DNA from: Neoechinorhynchus agilis
Lineage: Eukaryota; Animalia; Acanthocephala
Reading direction: 5' to 3'
Assembly (NCBI GenBank): GCA_051530055.1
Contig: CM121341.1
Span: forward strand, 2,343,538 to 2,407,537
Length of the DNA stretch: 64,000 bases
The notes under the pieces were generated by a model. That model searched no databases. It was not told the DNA's origin and saw nothing but the letters and a program-made list of their open reading frames with translations. This document shows, piece after piece, positions 38,651-52,139 of this stretch (position 1 is its first letter; each line of letters starts with the position of its first letter). The position numbers and the translations under genes are program-made.

Positions 38651-39260
38651 TCAATCTCGTTTAGAAAGGTATTTAATGGGAATGAAATCGTGCTCCTCTC
38701 TCCAGTCGCCGCGTTGATTCGTTTCCCCAAGTCCTTCACGAGGAGGGCTAGTGCCGACCCTCCCAAGGTACGTTTCCACACCGAAGGGGACAAAATGGTA
38801 GTTTCGGATTAGCTCCCTGTATTTCGAGCATTTCCGCTCCTCTGCCGCCGTCGCCGCTCCTCCTGGACCCTTTTTCGAGTGGCTGATGTTGGAGCTTGCC
38901 AACGTGTCCACACACGTTGCATCCCACAACAAACATTTTCCCTCCCGCCAAGGAAATACGGTCACGCCATCAGGGCGTCTTCCATCTAATCTACAAAGAT
39001 TAGTGGGTTCTAGAATGTTTGGAAGGGAAAGCGTTTTTAGGGTCCTACTCAGAATGGCATTGATTTCAGCATGCCTTGGAAATCGTCCCGATGACGTCTT
39101 GCATATGAGACCGAAGAGTCCACTATAGTGCCGCAGCGGCAACGATGAGGGATGTAAATCGATAGACCTATACTCCAAGGATACTGCGATCCTGAAGACT
39201 GAGTCAGCAAGGAGAGTTCCAAGTTTCCCTACAGGGAGAGCATTCAACCACGCTCCCGAC
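38651..39260 (-). mobile_element. CRE-like retrotransposon C-terminus with restriction-like endonuclease
   Basis: RHAEIN, DGRRPDGVTVFPWREGKCLLWDATCVDT, AAEERKCSKY, FVPFGVET. Confidence 0.85.
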
Positions 39261-39330
39261 TCCTTCGTGGAACAGGCTACCAGCCGGACCTTATGAGTAT
39301 TCGTTTAATGCAAAGAATAGAGAAAATTCC

Positions 39331-39560
39331 ATGGACTTATTAAAGATTCAGACGTATGGAGCGCTCGGCAGCTCGGCACTCTCTCTGCTCAAGGATCTCT
39401 CGAAGAAATTGAGAGAGGCAACCGGAGACTCAAGAGCAGGCTTATTTCTTCGACAAAATATCTCGCTGGCAGTACAACGAGGCAATGCTCCCAGCGTGAT
39501 GGCGACGGTCGAGGAAGGACAAAAGCTGGAATTCGGCGGGAGGTGGTGAATGTAAAGAAA
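39331..39560 (+). mobile_element. CRE-like retrotransposon extreme 3' end, opposite orientation
   Basis: TYGALG..ALSLLKDL..FLRQNISLAVQRGNA. Confidence 0.8.
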
Positions 39561-39858
39561 AGTAATTTCGAGAATAGTTTTGTTTAAAAAAAAATATATA
39601 TTGAAGGAACAAAGCAAGAGTTTCCCTTCAATTTCTTTTAGTTGGTCTAAATGCACTTATGAGCGCAGTCTACGGGGGTTGACGATCTCGGGTCCCCGAG
39701 TCAAACAAACACTCGGTTGACCTGCTAATTTTTAGATAGAACTGATATAATGATTCTGATTCAACCGGCCGAAATATACATACGATTTTAACGATTCCTC
39801 TTGGGTGTGTGCATACTAATTAAAGAGTCTAAAGAATTTTATTAAAACAAAGATTCAG

Positions 39859-40311
39859 CTACTGCGATGGGCGAATCAAATTTCCACGTTCTATTAGAGT
39901 TTTCGTTATTTGCATTTGAACCAACGGGAAATATCCTTTCATTTTCTCAGCCATATCACTGCCAGCGGCGGATGATACAATCTCGGTCAACTTTTCGGGC
40001 ATTGGACTGCAAATGGCAGCTACTGCATAATGTTGAGCAGCCAAATCTTCATCACCGTCGGCCAAAGCCGAATCCGCGTCAATAAGATGTTGTTCAAAAA
40101 ACCGTTGCATTTCCTTAAGGTCCGAGAGAGCTGGGATATTTAAATTTAAGGTTAACTTTGTCGTAGATAGTTCTTGTTGTTGACGTGCTCGTCGTTCTTT
40201 AAGCTTTCTCCGAAAATCAGGGGCCGAGCGTCGTCGATAGTCAAAATAGCCACAATAAGCTACGAAACCAACTACGGCTAAACCAGCCGTCGCTAACAAT
40301 CGATAGGACAT
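39859..40311 (-). CDS. TOMM20: Mitochondrial import receptor Tom20
   Basis: AGLAVVGFVAYCGYFDYRRRSAPDFRRKLKERR, MQRFF. Confidence 0.93.
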   Translation of the reverse strand: MSYRLLATAGLAVVGFVAYCGYFDYRRRSAPDFRRKLKERRARQQQELSTTKLTLNLNIPALSDLKEMQRFFEQHLIDADSALADGDEDLAAQHYAVAAICSPMPEKLTEIVSSAAGSDMAEKMKGYFPLVQMQITKTLIERGNLIRPSQ

Positions 40312-40739
40312 TTCAAAATTGTTAAATGTCGTAGCATACTCTATTTTTTAAAGAAAAAAAAGAGAACGCTCTGTGACGTCATAAAACACAGGTTTCTTTC
40401 GTTGCTATTTCCAACGCTTGTTGAGTTTGACTCGTTTGTGTGGAAGATTTTGTGACATCACGTCGTTGGGATCATTGCTTCGAGAAATCGAGACGGTTTT
40501 ATTAATATATAGAAGGTCGACCCCAAGAAAATGAAATCTTAAATTTCGATTCTTTCTTTGAAAGATTTTTTGGCATGCACACTGTTCGTGTTTCGAACGT
40601 TGTTCCAACGCTGCTCGCCTCCTTTAATTTCATTGTTAACAGCAATTTTTGAGCCGTGTATTTTTTGATAAATCCTGTGAGTTTGTTCAGGATTGGAGTT
40701 ATGGCGATCATAATCTCTAGCCGCCTAATAACCTTTGGA

Positions 40740-42385
40740 ATGAATACGAGAACGCAACTTTGCGTATTCGTAGTTTTTTGTAGGCGTCCAAACGGACGAT
40801 ATCAAAAAATTGAGGAAGCGCGATTTGCCGCTTTTCTTGAAAGATTTCCTATCAAATCGATGTTTTGTGCAAAACCCTTTTGAATAAATACGAGAACGCA
40901 ACTTTGCGTATTCGTAGTTTTTTGTAGGCGTCCAAACGGACGATATCAAAAAATTGAGGAAGCGCGATTTGCCGCTTTTCTTGAAAGATTTCCTATCAAA
41001 TCGATGTTTTGTGCAAAACCCTTTTGAATAAATACGAGAACGCAACTTTGCGTATTCGTAGTTTTTTGTAGGCGTCCAAACGGACGATATCAAAAAATTG
41101 AGGAAGCGCGATTTGCCGCTTTTCTTGAAAGATTTCCTATCAAATCGATGTTTTGTGCAAAACCCTTTTGAATAAATACGAGAACGCAACTTTGCGTATT
41201 CGTAGTTTTTTGTAGGCGTCCAAACGGACGATATCAAAAAATTGAGGAAGCGCGATTTGCCGCTTTTCTTGAAAGATTTCCTATCAAATCGATGTTTTGT
41301 GCAAAACCCTTTTTGAATAAATACGAGAACGCAACTTTGCGTATTCGGCGTCCAAACGGACGATATCAAAAAATTGAGGAAGCGCGATTTGCCGCTTTTC
41401 TTGAAAGATTTCCTATCAAATCGATGTTTTGTGCAAAACCCTTTTGAATAAATACGAGAACGCAACTTTGCGTATTCGTAGTTTTGCGTCCAAACGGACG
41501 ATATCAAAAAATTGAGGAAGCGCGATTTGCCGCTTTTCTTGAAAGATTTCCTATCAAATCGATGTTTTGTGCAAAACCCTTTAGAATGAATACGAGAACG
41601 CAACTTTGCGTATTCGTAGTTTTTTGTAGGCGTCCAAACGGACGATATCAAAAAATTGAGGAAGCGCGATTTGCCGCTTTTCTTGAAAGATTTCTTATCA
41701 AATCGATGTTTTGTGCAAAACCCTTTTTGAATAAATACGAGAACGCAACTTTGCGTATTCGGCGTCCAAACGGACGATATCAAAAAATTGAGGAAGCGCG
41801 ATTTGCCGCTTTTCTTGAAAGATTTCCTATCAAATCGATGTTTTGTGCAAAACCCTTTAGAATGAATACGAGAACGCAACTTTGCGTATTCGTAGTTTTT
41901 TGTAGGCGTCCAAACGGACGATATCAAAAAATTGAGGAAGCGCGATTTGCCGCTTTTCTTGAAAGATTTCTTATCAAATCGATGTTTTGTGCAAAACCCT
42001 TTTTGAATAAATACGAGAACGCAACTTTGCTGGCGTCCAAACGGACGATATCAAAAAATTGAGGAAGCGCGATTTGCCGCTTTTCTTGAAAGATTTATCA
42101 AATCGATGTTTTGTGCAAAACCCTTTTTGAATAAATACGAGAACGCAACTTTATATTTGGCGTCCAAACGGACGATATCAAAAAATTGAGGAAACGCGAT
42201 TTGCCGCTTTTCTTGAAAGATTTCCTATCAAATCGATGTTTTGTGCAAAACCCTTTAGAATAAATACGAGAACGCAACTTTGCGTATTCGTAGTTTTTTG
42301 TAGGCGTCCAAACGGACGATATCAAAAAATTGGGGAAACGCGATTTGCCGCTTTTCTTTAAAGATTTCTTATCAAATCGATGCAT
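40740..42385. repeat. Tandem array, 144-bp unit with ~132-bp variants, ~12 copies
   Basis: AATACGAGAACGCAACTTTG at 40743, 40887, 41031 and onward; produces the repetitive 400-aa ORF. Confidence 0.97.
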
Positions 42386-42601
42386 TGCTCTTGTCGAAGC
42401 TACAATAAAATGATTTTTAACCGGACGCCAAAGTCAAAATTTACCATCCCGACGGTCGAGCGGTTCCATTAGTAGCGAAAACGTATTTATTTGTTCTGAT
42501 CAATTGACGATTTTTGTGCAGTCAAATTTACGGAAATGTATATTGCATTCTTTACGCGCTCAATATTTTGGTCCATATAATTTTTTTCTTGTTCTTCAGA
42601 T

Positions 42602-43742
42602 ATGAGCTTGTACGAAGGTCTTCTTGATGACCCGGAAATCACCAAACCTTTATCGATCGCCACAACCACACCCTCTACAGTCCAGCCATCTGCACCCCCT
42701 TCCATCAAAAAACCTCAATTTCAACCGGACACTCAATCTATACAAATGCTGAGGACCCAACTCCGTGCTCGGAACAGGGTAAATAGGTCTGTCTTCGGCG
42801 GTGGTCTTGGGTGTTTGCTTTATATACTTGTACCCCGGATCCGAAATACTGCTGCCCTCGTACTACAGCCAGCGTGCCACAGTTGTCCGAGCTCCTCCTG
42901 TAGTGGATTTTGGTCGAAAACGACAAGGACTATCCGATTATATTCTTGCACCCAAAACTTCAATGCACAAACAGTCATCACAACAACACAACTGGATAAT
43001 TCCTGGAAATTTTGACGGGATGCAGAATGTATTTCAACCGATGATCCCAAACGAGTACGATCCACTCGTACCAAATGACTATGATGCACTTAAGAAAGCT
43101 AAAAAGGCAGAGAAAAAACGAAGAAGGACTCAGCCTTTGTCTGGAGCTGATTTCGCTCATATGCCAATTGGTGAAAAGAAAATCTGCGGTTTGTGGTTGG
43201 GTTCTCTTGTCTACAATAGATCTGCTTTTATTTAAGGAGCACAGCCCGCGCTACAACAAAACCCGCCTCAAGACAAACTCGCTGTCGCTAATAAAATAAT
43301 GGAGAAAATGGGGTATAAACAAGGTCAAGGACTCGGTCGACAAAATCAAGGAATCTCACGAAGTCTTATTGTTGAAAAGACGAGCCGTCTTGGTGGAAAG
43401 ATACTTGAAGATCCTATTATTCGCCCAACAGCAACTCAACCGTCAAAAGTAATTCTTCTTAGAAATATGGTCGGTCCGGGAGAAGTAGACAAGGAACTAG
43501 AAACTGAGACTCGTGAGGAATGCGAACGGAAATACGGACAAACCAAACGGGTTACGATATTTGAGATACCTGGGGCTCCCCAGGAAGAAGCAGTTCGGAT
43601 ATTTATTGAGTTCGACAAAATTGAAGCAGCCAACAGGGCAGTTGCTGATCTCAATGGACGGTTTTTCGGTGGAAGGTCCGTCAAGGCATGTTTTTACAAT
43701 TTGGACAAGTTTAGACATTATATGCTCGGGGAAGAAGTTTGA
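42602..43742 (+). CDS. RBM17: SPF45/RBM17 splicing factor, 3 exons
   Basis: MSLYEGL, PVVDF, EYDPLVPNDY, G-patch ANKIMEKMGYKQGQGLG, UHM KVILLRNMVGPGEVD..EAVRIFIEF..LNGRFFGGR. Confidence 0.95.
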
Positions 43743-46700
43743 CGGTGAAAGCGGAAATAAAGTATAGCGACAGGTATGTGACTTTAAACATATTTCGATT
43801 TTGGAAAACTTTTGAAGGGACGTCAGCGGTAAGATCGATTTTATATATTCGACTGGGAAATTATAATATTTAAGAACATTCGCTTTCATACCATCTTTCC
43901 AAATAACAACGTTACATATTTGGGTTTCATTCTTTTTTCAGGTTGTAGTATCTCTCGTAGGCTTATGGTGTTCGAATAATGAACTCAATGGGACGTAGCT
44001 CCTCAAGGAATTCCAAAATTTCCAGTCGCTAAATATAAAGTGCGGACGACGGGTGCACTATTGCCACCTTCAATTGTCCACGTGACTCGAGGTTATACGA
44101 CCACATTGTTGACCAATTCTTAAATTTTAACTTTATTTTTCCCAAGAACTATAAATAACAGCTTTCTACATGACGTCTTCACCTTATGCTTGAAAACTGC
44201 TAAAATGATCCTTCTTCCAAAAAATGGACATCCGATTTCCACCGAATAATTCCGTCCAACATCCATTTTGCAAGGTTTTTCAAAAATTATCGAAAAATGT
44301 TTCGAAACTTGCCTTCTTCCACTAAAGCAATCGCCCTTGTAATTCGGCTCAAGTCCCAAATTTTCTGAATTGATGCCCTACTTTGCATTTATGACACGCT
44401 TTTACGCGACTTATCGAAAGCATTTGACTCCGTGGACTTTTAACTACTCCTCCAGGCCTGCTCCGATCTCGGTCTAAACACGTGGAAGATCCACTGGCTG
44501 TCCTCGTATCTTCACAATCGACAACGATACATTCATTTCCGATCTACCTCCTCGATCAATCAGCTTCCCATTGATAGGGGAATTAGCCATTTGCGTCTCG
44601 CTCTGCTTCGAATTGGTTACTCATCGCATTATTTGGCATTATCTGCGGCATACAACGTAGATTCAGAATCCGAAAACTGTCGATCCAGAAAACTCATCGA
44701 ACCGAAATCGGAAAAGGCCCGGAGAAGCAACATTCGCTTTCATACCATCTTTCCAAATAACAACGTTACATATTGGGATTTCATTCTTTTTTCAGGTTGT
44801 GTTTATGCCACTCAGTATCTCTCGTAGGCTTTTCGCCTCTTTTTCGAGCTCCGCAACAATCGTTTAATCTTTAGTGTTCTACTAAATGGATTCATTAGTG
44901 CTCTACGCTACTTGCCTCTCGTTAATTTTAACATTGTGATATTGTGCACTTAATGCTCGAAGAAGCTTTCTTCGAAACTATCAGTGCAATAAAAATATAG
45001 CCACGTCTAATGTCGGGCAACTCTCGCGTCCGATTTCGCTTAGTGGCGACAATACATTTAAAAACGATTATTGTGCACGAGTATTCATTTGATGACAAAT
45101 CGGCGGTAATCAAATGAATCCACCGATCGTGCCCATCAGAATAACTTATGCCAAACATCATTTTGGATCGGTAATGAAGCAAAAAATCGAGCTGGCTTAT
45201 CATTTCACGAAACAATCTTGTTCTCTAATGACTTCACCGCCGTGAAGCAAATGCGGCCTCCTACGTGCCGACACCATGGGTCAAACACCTCTCAAGGTTC
45301 CACCCGGGTCAAGGAGTAAAGCTTTCGACTTTTGTGAAATACCAAGCGAGATACCCATTGGACGAAGACTTGCTTATCGAGCAAGAGGTTAAAAGTACGA
45401 ATGATCGTAGGGAGGAGACGATTGTGTCCAACCAACGTAATGAGTTGACTTCCTCACTAATTTTGTTCTGATTGCCTTTGTAGATCGCGCGCGTTTTTCA
45501 AGGCCCTCAAAAAGGAACCAAAATATTGGTCAAAAATACATTTTTTCTCAACCGCTTAAATAACTTAAAAAAGAAAGGTGGGATTCGTCCCATTGCAATT
45601 GGAACAACTCTGTATCGCTTAACGGCAAAAATTTTAAAAGAATCGCAAAAAAAGGAGGAATGCTGATTCGCCCTACTCAGTTGGGCTGCTGTAGACCTTG
45701 TGGCGCAGAGGCGATTGTTCATTCACTCCGCCCGTTCATAACCGGAAACTCAAAGCCGTGCGTGATCTTTAAATGTGATTTTTTAAACGCTTTCAACACA
45801 GTTCACCGAGCAGATTTGCTTGAAGAAGTTAGAGATCACGCACCAGAAGCATTTCGCTATTTCGTTAATGTTTCATGGGACGCCAACTCCCTTGTGGCTC
45901 AAAAATCACGTTTTGTGGTCAGAAAGAGGAGTTCAACAAGGGAATCCTTTTTGCCCAATATCGTTCTCACTCGCAGTAAATCCCGTCCTTCATTTCCACC
46001 TATGAAAGCGATTTGACCAATTCGACACCAGACTTTATCCTGGGCGATTTCAGCTCGGAAGTTCCGACGTCTTTTGTTCAACAATTTACTGGCTTCTCTT
46101 TTCAAAACTCATCAAAAAAATCACTTTCTAGATGCTTGAGTTTTGAAAAGCCTTTGATATCTTCTTTGCTCCTAACGTCCAAATGCAGTTTAAATAAATG
46201 ATGGCCATGATTTCCCGATCTTTTTTCTTCTAAGTTAGATCCGATAGCCGAGATCAGGAACATTCCTCCTACAAAACATTAGTCTGTGTAACGGGGGAAG
46301 GCTATATTCCTTCCATTCGAACATTACACCACGACGGCCATCGAGTGATCCAGAACGGTGGTGTGGTGAATGATCTAACACTATTTTGTTCCTTATTGAT
46401 AAAAAGTTTCCTGGAAAAAATAACAATTTACCATACCGATCGTCATTTTAGCATTTTATTTTTGACTTTAGGTCACTAAGCGTCATAAAAGACAAAATTT
46501 AAAGATGATCGCTTCAAATGGATTCATTATTTTTTTGAGAAGCTATTGATGCGCTATTTTCAGCTTCAAGCAACTTCTCTACTTCAGAAACTCGTTGCCG
46601 CAGCTCTCTTCGTCGCCTAATCCACTCACAATGAATTTTGGAATCTTGTTCATCTATTTGAATGGCCTTACACAATGCCTCTGATTTTGAAAGTATTTGT

Positions 46701-48822
46701 TCGCAAGTACTGAGCAAAGTATCCGTGTTGACGCTCGTCGCAACATTTGAGCCGTTTATGTCTTCATTGTAGCTGTGAAGTATACGACTGAAACTGCTGT
46801 TAAATTTTAGCGATTCGTTCAATTTATTTGATGACATCTAAGGTTAGAAATTAAATGATAGTTACATCGTACTTTAGGATGCGAGATTTTTAATGAAACG
46901 ACCAAAAAAATTGAAGCAAAAATAGATTAAGGCCTCCAGCGATGAATAGTTCGTGAAGCCCTTTATTCAAAGTGGAGGAATCGTGTACCTCTGGAACAAT
47001 TCAGCCGCGTGTGGTTAAAATATCATCTTACACCACTGGAGTAGGACAGTTTGTGAGGTTGGGAGACCCAGAATTCTGAGGGAGGTGACTCGTCGGATGT
47101 AATTTGGAAGGCGGGAGAGTGAGGGGATCATTTCGAAGCATTTAGAGAAATTCAGGTGGAGTTTGTGGTTGGTGCAAATATCTTTAATTTGGCGGATTTC
47201 GTTAGATGTTAAGGAGAGGGAGTCGTTTGTGATTTGGGTGAGATCGTCGGCATATAAAAAGTTTAGAGTGAGACGAGAGAGGTTTAAGTTCGTTCTTATT
47301 TAGGACGCTTGTCGACACTCGAGAAGGATCATTAAAGAAGAATATATTTTGACTAATTGATTCAATCATTATCGAATCTGAAAAATAAGCACCTAAGGTC
47401 ACAAACACACGACATTATTAATTTCGTTTTGATTCGGGAACCCGGAATCGTCAACCCCATAAGGTGCCCTCCTTGGGTGTATTTAGGCCAGCTGAAGGGA
47501 ATTGGAGTTGGTCCTTTTTAATGTCGACACTCTTTTTTTAATGAGTAGATTTCGGTTATTGGAAAGAAATTCGGTTCTGTCGAACCCAATTGAGTCTGCG
47601 GTACATCGTAAAGCGAACTTTTGTTTACGGAGACTGCTTTGAACAGCTCAATGTTTCACCTACGTTGGCCATCTCAAAGTCGTTGCAGGGAATGCGGCAT
47701 ACTACATCGGAAATAGTTTTTAGATGTGGTTTTAGTTTGAAGATTCCCGTGATAGCCGCTGTTCTCTTGTGATATAAACGAACTAAGTATTTCGAATTTC
47801 AAAGGGTCATGCGTAAAAGATTAGAGCCAAAGTCATCAACCCGAATTCAGGTTGAATGTTACTAATGGGATTTCGATCGGTCGATTTGGTCAGGTATACA
47901 ACTTTTTCTTGTGAGCCTGTCGTATCGTCTAACCCGGAGAGTCCCTCCTTTAGAACATGTTCTTGATATTATCGATCTCAAGGTTTCTCTCATGATCAAT
48001 ATTTCAGACTTTGATAGCTCTCCAAAATAAAGGCAGTGTTTGTTTTAAAGGCTTGAGGCGAGTTGATTTTAAACGATGCGCTTTTCCAACAGATTTCAGG
48101 TTTTCGGTATAAGTGCTTACTTGACGACTTGTTCTCATTACACAAACGTCGAGGAAACTTATCGTCTTAATTTTGTCTTCGTAAAAGATGGACCATTGAA
48201 TTGTCTTATCTTTTTTGTTGAATAGATGCGTGAGTGGAAGGAGTCTAGGATTAAGTTTGAACATGCAGAAAACGTCGTCGATGTATCGCCACGATTTTAT
48301 CTCCCCCGTTAGACATGTAGAAATCGGCTAATGTAAGTCTTAAAACATCGACACGGCGCATCGACGAGATCATAAGACTTTAGAAATACACGATAAACGG
48401 AGTTGAATCCATCTACCAGAGAACCCTGATTATCACGGGCATCTTTAAACCCAAACCACAGCTAAAACTATTTTGGATGTTGTATGCTGAAACGGCAGTG
48501 AGATGGCATTCGTAGGTAAATGCGCTATCCAAAGAAATCCGTCTCGGTGAATACAACTTTATTATCCATGTAAACCGAACCCACACTTAATTGGGTTCGA
48601 TAAAACCGAAGTTCTCTGTGAGGGATATCGATTTACTAAAGAATGTCGACATTGAAATGACCAATACGATATGGAAGGGAACAAATCAACGTTTTCACCC
48701 CAATTACCTTTTGTCGGCTTGACCTTTGGTGCTTATTTTTTTTGATTTGAATTGATAATGAGTGATTCAATCAGTTAAAATATGAATTCGACTATAACGA
48801 TCACTGTCAGGTTGATTTATCT

Positions 48823-49521
48823 CTAGATTTTATTTTTCGTCATGCGTGTAGTTCTTCTACCAATAATATCCGAATCAATAGCAATATGCGATGGTTCTCG
48901 TTCTCGTATTGTATGTTGCTTTATATTGTCCAACCTCGAAGGATGACTTTTCATCATGGCCTCAAACTCTCGGAATGAGACTTTGTTGCCACGATTTGAA
49001 GTAGCCACTCTTATCATAGCTCTAAGATCCTCGTCATCTAATTGGCTAGACTGAAGGTTCTCAAACATCCAATTTTTGAGATCATCTAACTCGATAAATC
49101 CATCACTATTATAGTCCAATACTGAGAAACCTTCCCTTAATTTACGATCCTCGCCGTAGACCCTCTCGTAGTCAACTTGTAAAGCAATGAATTCCTCAAA
49201 ATCAATAGCAGGCTCGCCATTACAACTGATTGCTTTGAAATTATCCGCTACATCTTCTTCTGACACCCTGGAGCCTTGTCTTCTCAATGCTTGGTAAAAT
49301 GACTTTGCTGTTATTTTTTCACTGTTTGCTGGATCAAGCTTTGAAAATATTTTTAAGTAATCTTTAAACACAGAAGGCTGTAGCATTTCTTTTCCAAGTC
49401 GAATGAGATCCTTGACATGTCCACGTTTTCCTCTTCTCATTTCCTTTAAAATTTCTTCCTTTGAAAGTCGATAAAAATGAGTCATTTCAAACTCGAACAT
49501 TGTCAAATAATGTATTTTCAA
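48823..49521 (-). CDS. EF-hand protein (copy 2)
   Basis: Mirror of 31794..32492 with K>R and G>S (DYNSDG) changes. Confidence 0.85.
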   Translation of the reverse strand: MKIHYLTMFEFEMTHFYRLSKEEILKEMRRGKRGHVKDLIRLGKEMLQPSVFKDYLKIFSKLDPANSEKITAKSFYQALRRQGSRVSEEDVADNFKAISCNGEPAIDFEEFIALQVDYERVYGEDRKLREGFSVLDYNSDGFIELDDLKNWMFENLQSSQLDDEDLRAMIRVATSNRGNKVSFREFEAMMKSHPSRLDNIKQHTIREREPSHIAIDSDIIGRRTTRMTKNKI

Positions 49522-50565
49522 TTATTGCCATAGTCACCAATCGGTTTAAACAAATTCAAAGTCTAATTTGTTGACATGAAGAAAACTCGTTCGTTAATGC
49601 AATGTTGGATGATTTTAAAGCTCAATCTAAAATTGAAACAAAAATGGCGTTGCGAGGGAAACATTATTGAGAGGTCGAAATTAAAATCCCCTTAAAAAGC
49701 ATTCATAAATCAGCTCAAATTAATGATCACCTCGCATCTTTTTCGATTCAACGGAAACTAATGAAGCGACAATCGTCAAAGTGGAATAACTTTCGCCGAA
49801 AATCGACTTGTAAATAGAATCTTCGACTTAAAAGCGACTCGGGAATCATATAATTAATGAATTGCTTTTTAAATGTACTGCTAAAAACAAATAAAATATA
49901 AGCGCAGTAACTTTATAAGAAATTTAATACCAAAACCTTTACAAAAATACAAAGAAATTCTATTATTTGACGACACGAAATCTTTACTAATTCTTGGATA
50001 CTTCTTATGAATATTATTTGAATTTTAAAAACATTTATAAATAAAGCAATACAAATATAATTTCAATGATTAGACATTTAATAGCTTTAGACAAATCGAT
50101 GAATTTTAAAACCGCATTTTATTTCCGTTCTGTCACGAATCGGCTAACTTCTACGATTAAGACTCCCTTAGAAAATTACGAGAAAAATTACACAAAAATC
50201 ATTCTTTCTGGAATTAAAGGAAGATGGAAATCATTGGGTTTGTTTTGCAAAAAACTCATTTTGTTGAATATTAATAAATTGTTGTTTTTAAACGAAAAAA
50301 TCGAAAAAGAATTAAGCAGCGAGATTTGTAGCGGCCATTTCGGTATTGATTAAAATTTATTTTCCGCTATTAAGTTTTATGCAAGCAAAAATACTCAAAA
50401 GAAAAAACTCATTGTATGGTTTTTAGACAAAACCTCAGACGGAATGAGTAAAAACTCTACAAACCAAATACCATACAAACCAATCTCAGGCTTCATTTTC
50501 TCATAAATTCCTGTCTTGTTAAACTTTTTACTACCATTCAAAAACACCGTTTTAATGCCCGCAAA

Positions 50566-51372
50566 TCACTGATTTGCTTTATATGCATCGTCGTCTCTAC
50601 GTCTCCATCTACTGAGCCTTGCACACTCATCGATTCCCGTACTTCTAAGCATTTGCTTAAATTTGTAAGCCTGTGAATTCGACGCAAAATTGGCAACAAC
50701 TTCCAGTTTTGTAGGAACCGCGAATTGGCTGAAATCAGAAGTCACGGCTTCTTGTTGTTCTTGATGGTATACAGCCCATTTGATTGGCGGCGCATTACCC
50801 ACTTTACCAAGTTGTTCAAGGTAAGCGATATTAAAATCGGATGACATTGTATTGAAAATAACACTGTTGTTCGTAGCGTTCGTGTTGATTTTTCTCCGTT
50901 TTCGGGAAAAAAACACCTTTGATTCAGCTTTCGTCTCCTGCAAATTTCCTTCAACTTGTGAATCTTCTAAATTCCGCTTTATTGAACATGACTTTTCTAT
51001 GACCGCCTCAGGAATTAGAATTCTCTCAAGACATTGGGATGTCCGCATAAATGGGGTCCTTGTAGGTCTTGGAAACATTAATTCGTCTCGAAGAATCCTG
51101 TTTATCCTCGATAAACGTGGCGCAACGCTTTGCATAACAATGGTCTCCGATTCAAGACCAAATCGATCCCTATTGTAAACAAGTAAATTAAAACTTACCA
51201 ATCGTAAGCCGAACGTAAGACCCGAATACTCAAATCCAAATGGAATCATTTTACTCCTAGCAGCCAACAGGCTCTTCTGCCGATTAATAAGCCGGCGCAC
51301 TTGACTTCTTATATACATGGGAAGCCAAGATTTTGAGCGCCTTCGACGTTGTTTACCAACAAAATTAGGCAT
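50566..51372 (-). CDS. Hypothetical basic 268-aa protein (copy 2)
   Basis: Mirror of 29943..30749 with I>M. Confidence 0.6.
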   Translation of the reverse strand: MPNFVGKQRRRRSKSWLPMYIRSQVRRLINRQKSLLAARSKMIPFGFEYSGLTFGLRLVSFNLLVYNRDRFGLESETIVMQSVAPRLSRINRILRDELMFPRPTRTPFMRTSQCLERILIPEAVIEKSCSIKRNLEDSQVEGNLQETKAESKVFFSRKRRKINTNATNNSVIFNTMSSDFNIAYLEQLGKVGNAPPIKWAVYHQEQQEAVTSDFSQFAVPTKLEVVANFASNSQAYKFKQMLRSTGIDECARLSRWRRRDDDAYKANQ

Positions 51373-52139
51373 CTGAAATAGCAGAGCTTTTTGAACTGTT
51401 CAAAACGAATCTCAAAACCAAAAGAAGTTAGTGCATAAATGCAAAAACACAATAATGATTATACGACCACCACAAAATATCACGCCCTTCCGAGTTATTA
51501 ATCACGTTAAGAATCTTTTGGAAACATAAAATTGGATCTCTTTTATGTGTGGCTAGTCGATAATCCCGATCTTAAGTTTATATCGGAGTTTTTTGAAGTA
51601 TAAAATAAACAAACATCTTTATTTGGACTGCTCAATATTCCAAGGTAAATAGCACATTAAAAGATAAAAATAAGAAATTAAACACCGCTTCTCAACAGTG
51701 AGAAACGCTAAAGTTTGAGGCTGCTAAGCCGAGAAATTTCGGTTGGGATTTCGAAGCAATTCGCCGTTGCAGCTGCAGGACAAGTCGGTTACGAATCCTG
51801 AACATTAGTAGACTAAAAGATCATCGCTGAAAGTCCAAAAATGTGATCTTGAATTAGCGAAGGCTAAAAAAACGGCCAACACCGACAAATTAAGACTCCG
51901 GCGACCGCTGAAACAGTCAATTCTTACCATTGTCTCAAATTAAATCTTTGCCATGGACCGCATGGATTTATGGTTTGCAATTGGATCTGAATATCGGTAC
52001 GAATCCTGTGAACTGAGACGGCTAACGATGAACTCGACAGAGTTCCGTTGATCGAAACCTTCATCGATATTTTCTAATTTCTAAGAATGTTTATTGCAAA
52101 TCGAGGGAGTTCCAGTTGATTAGTTGCCAAATGACCGAA

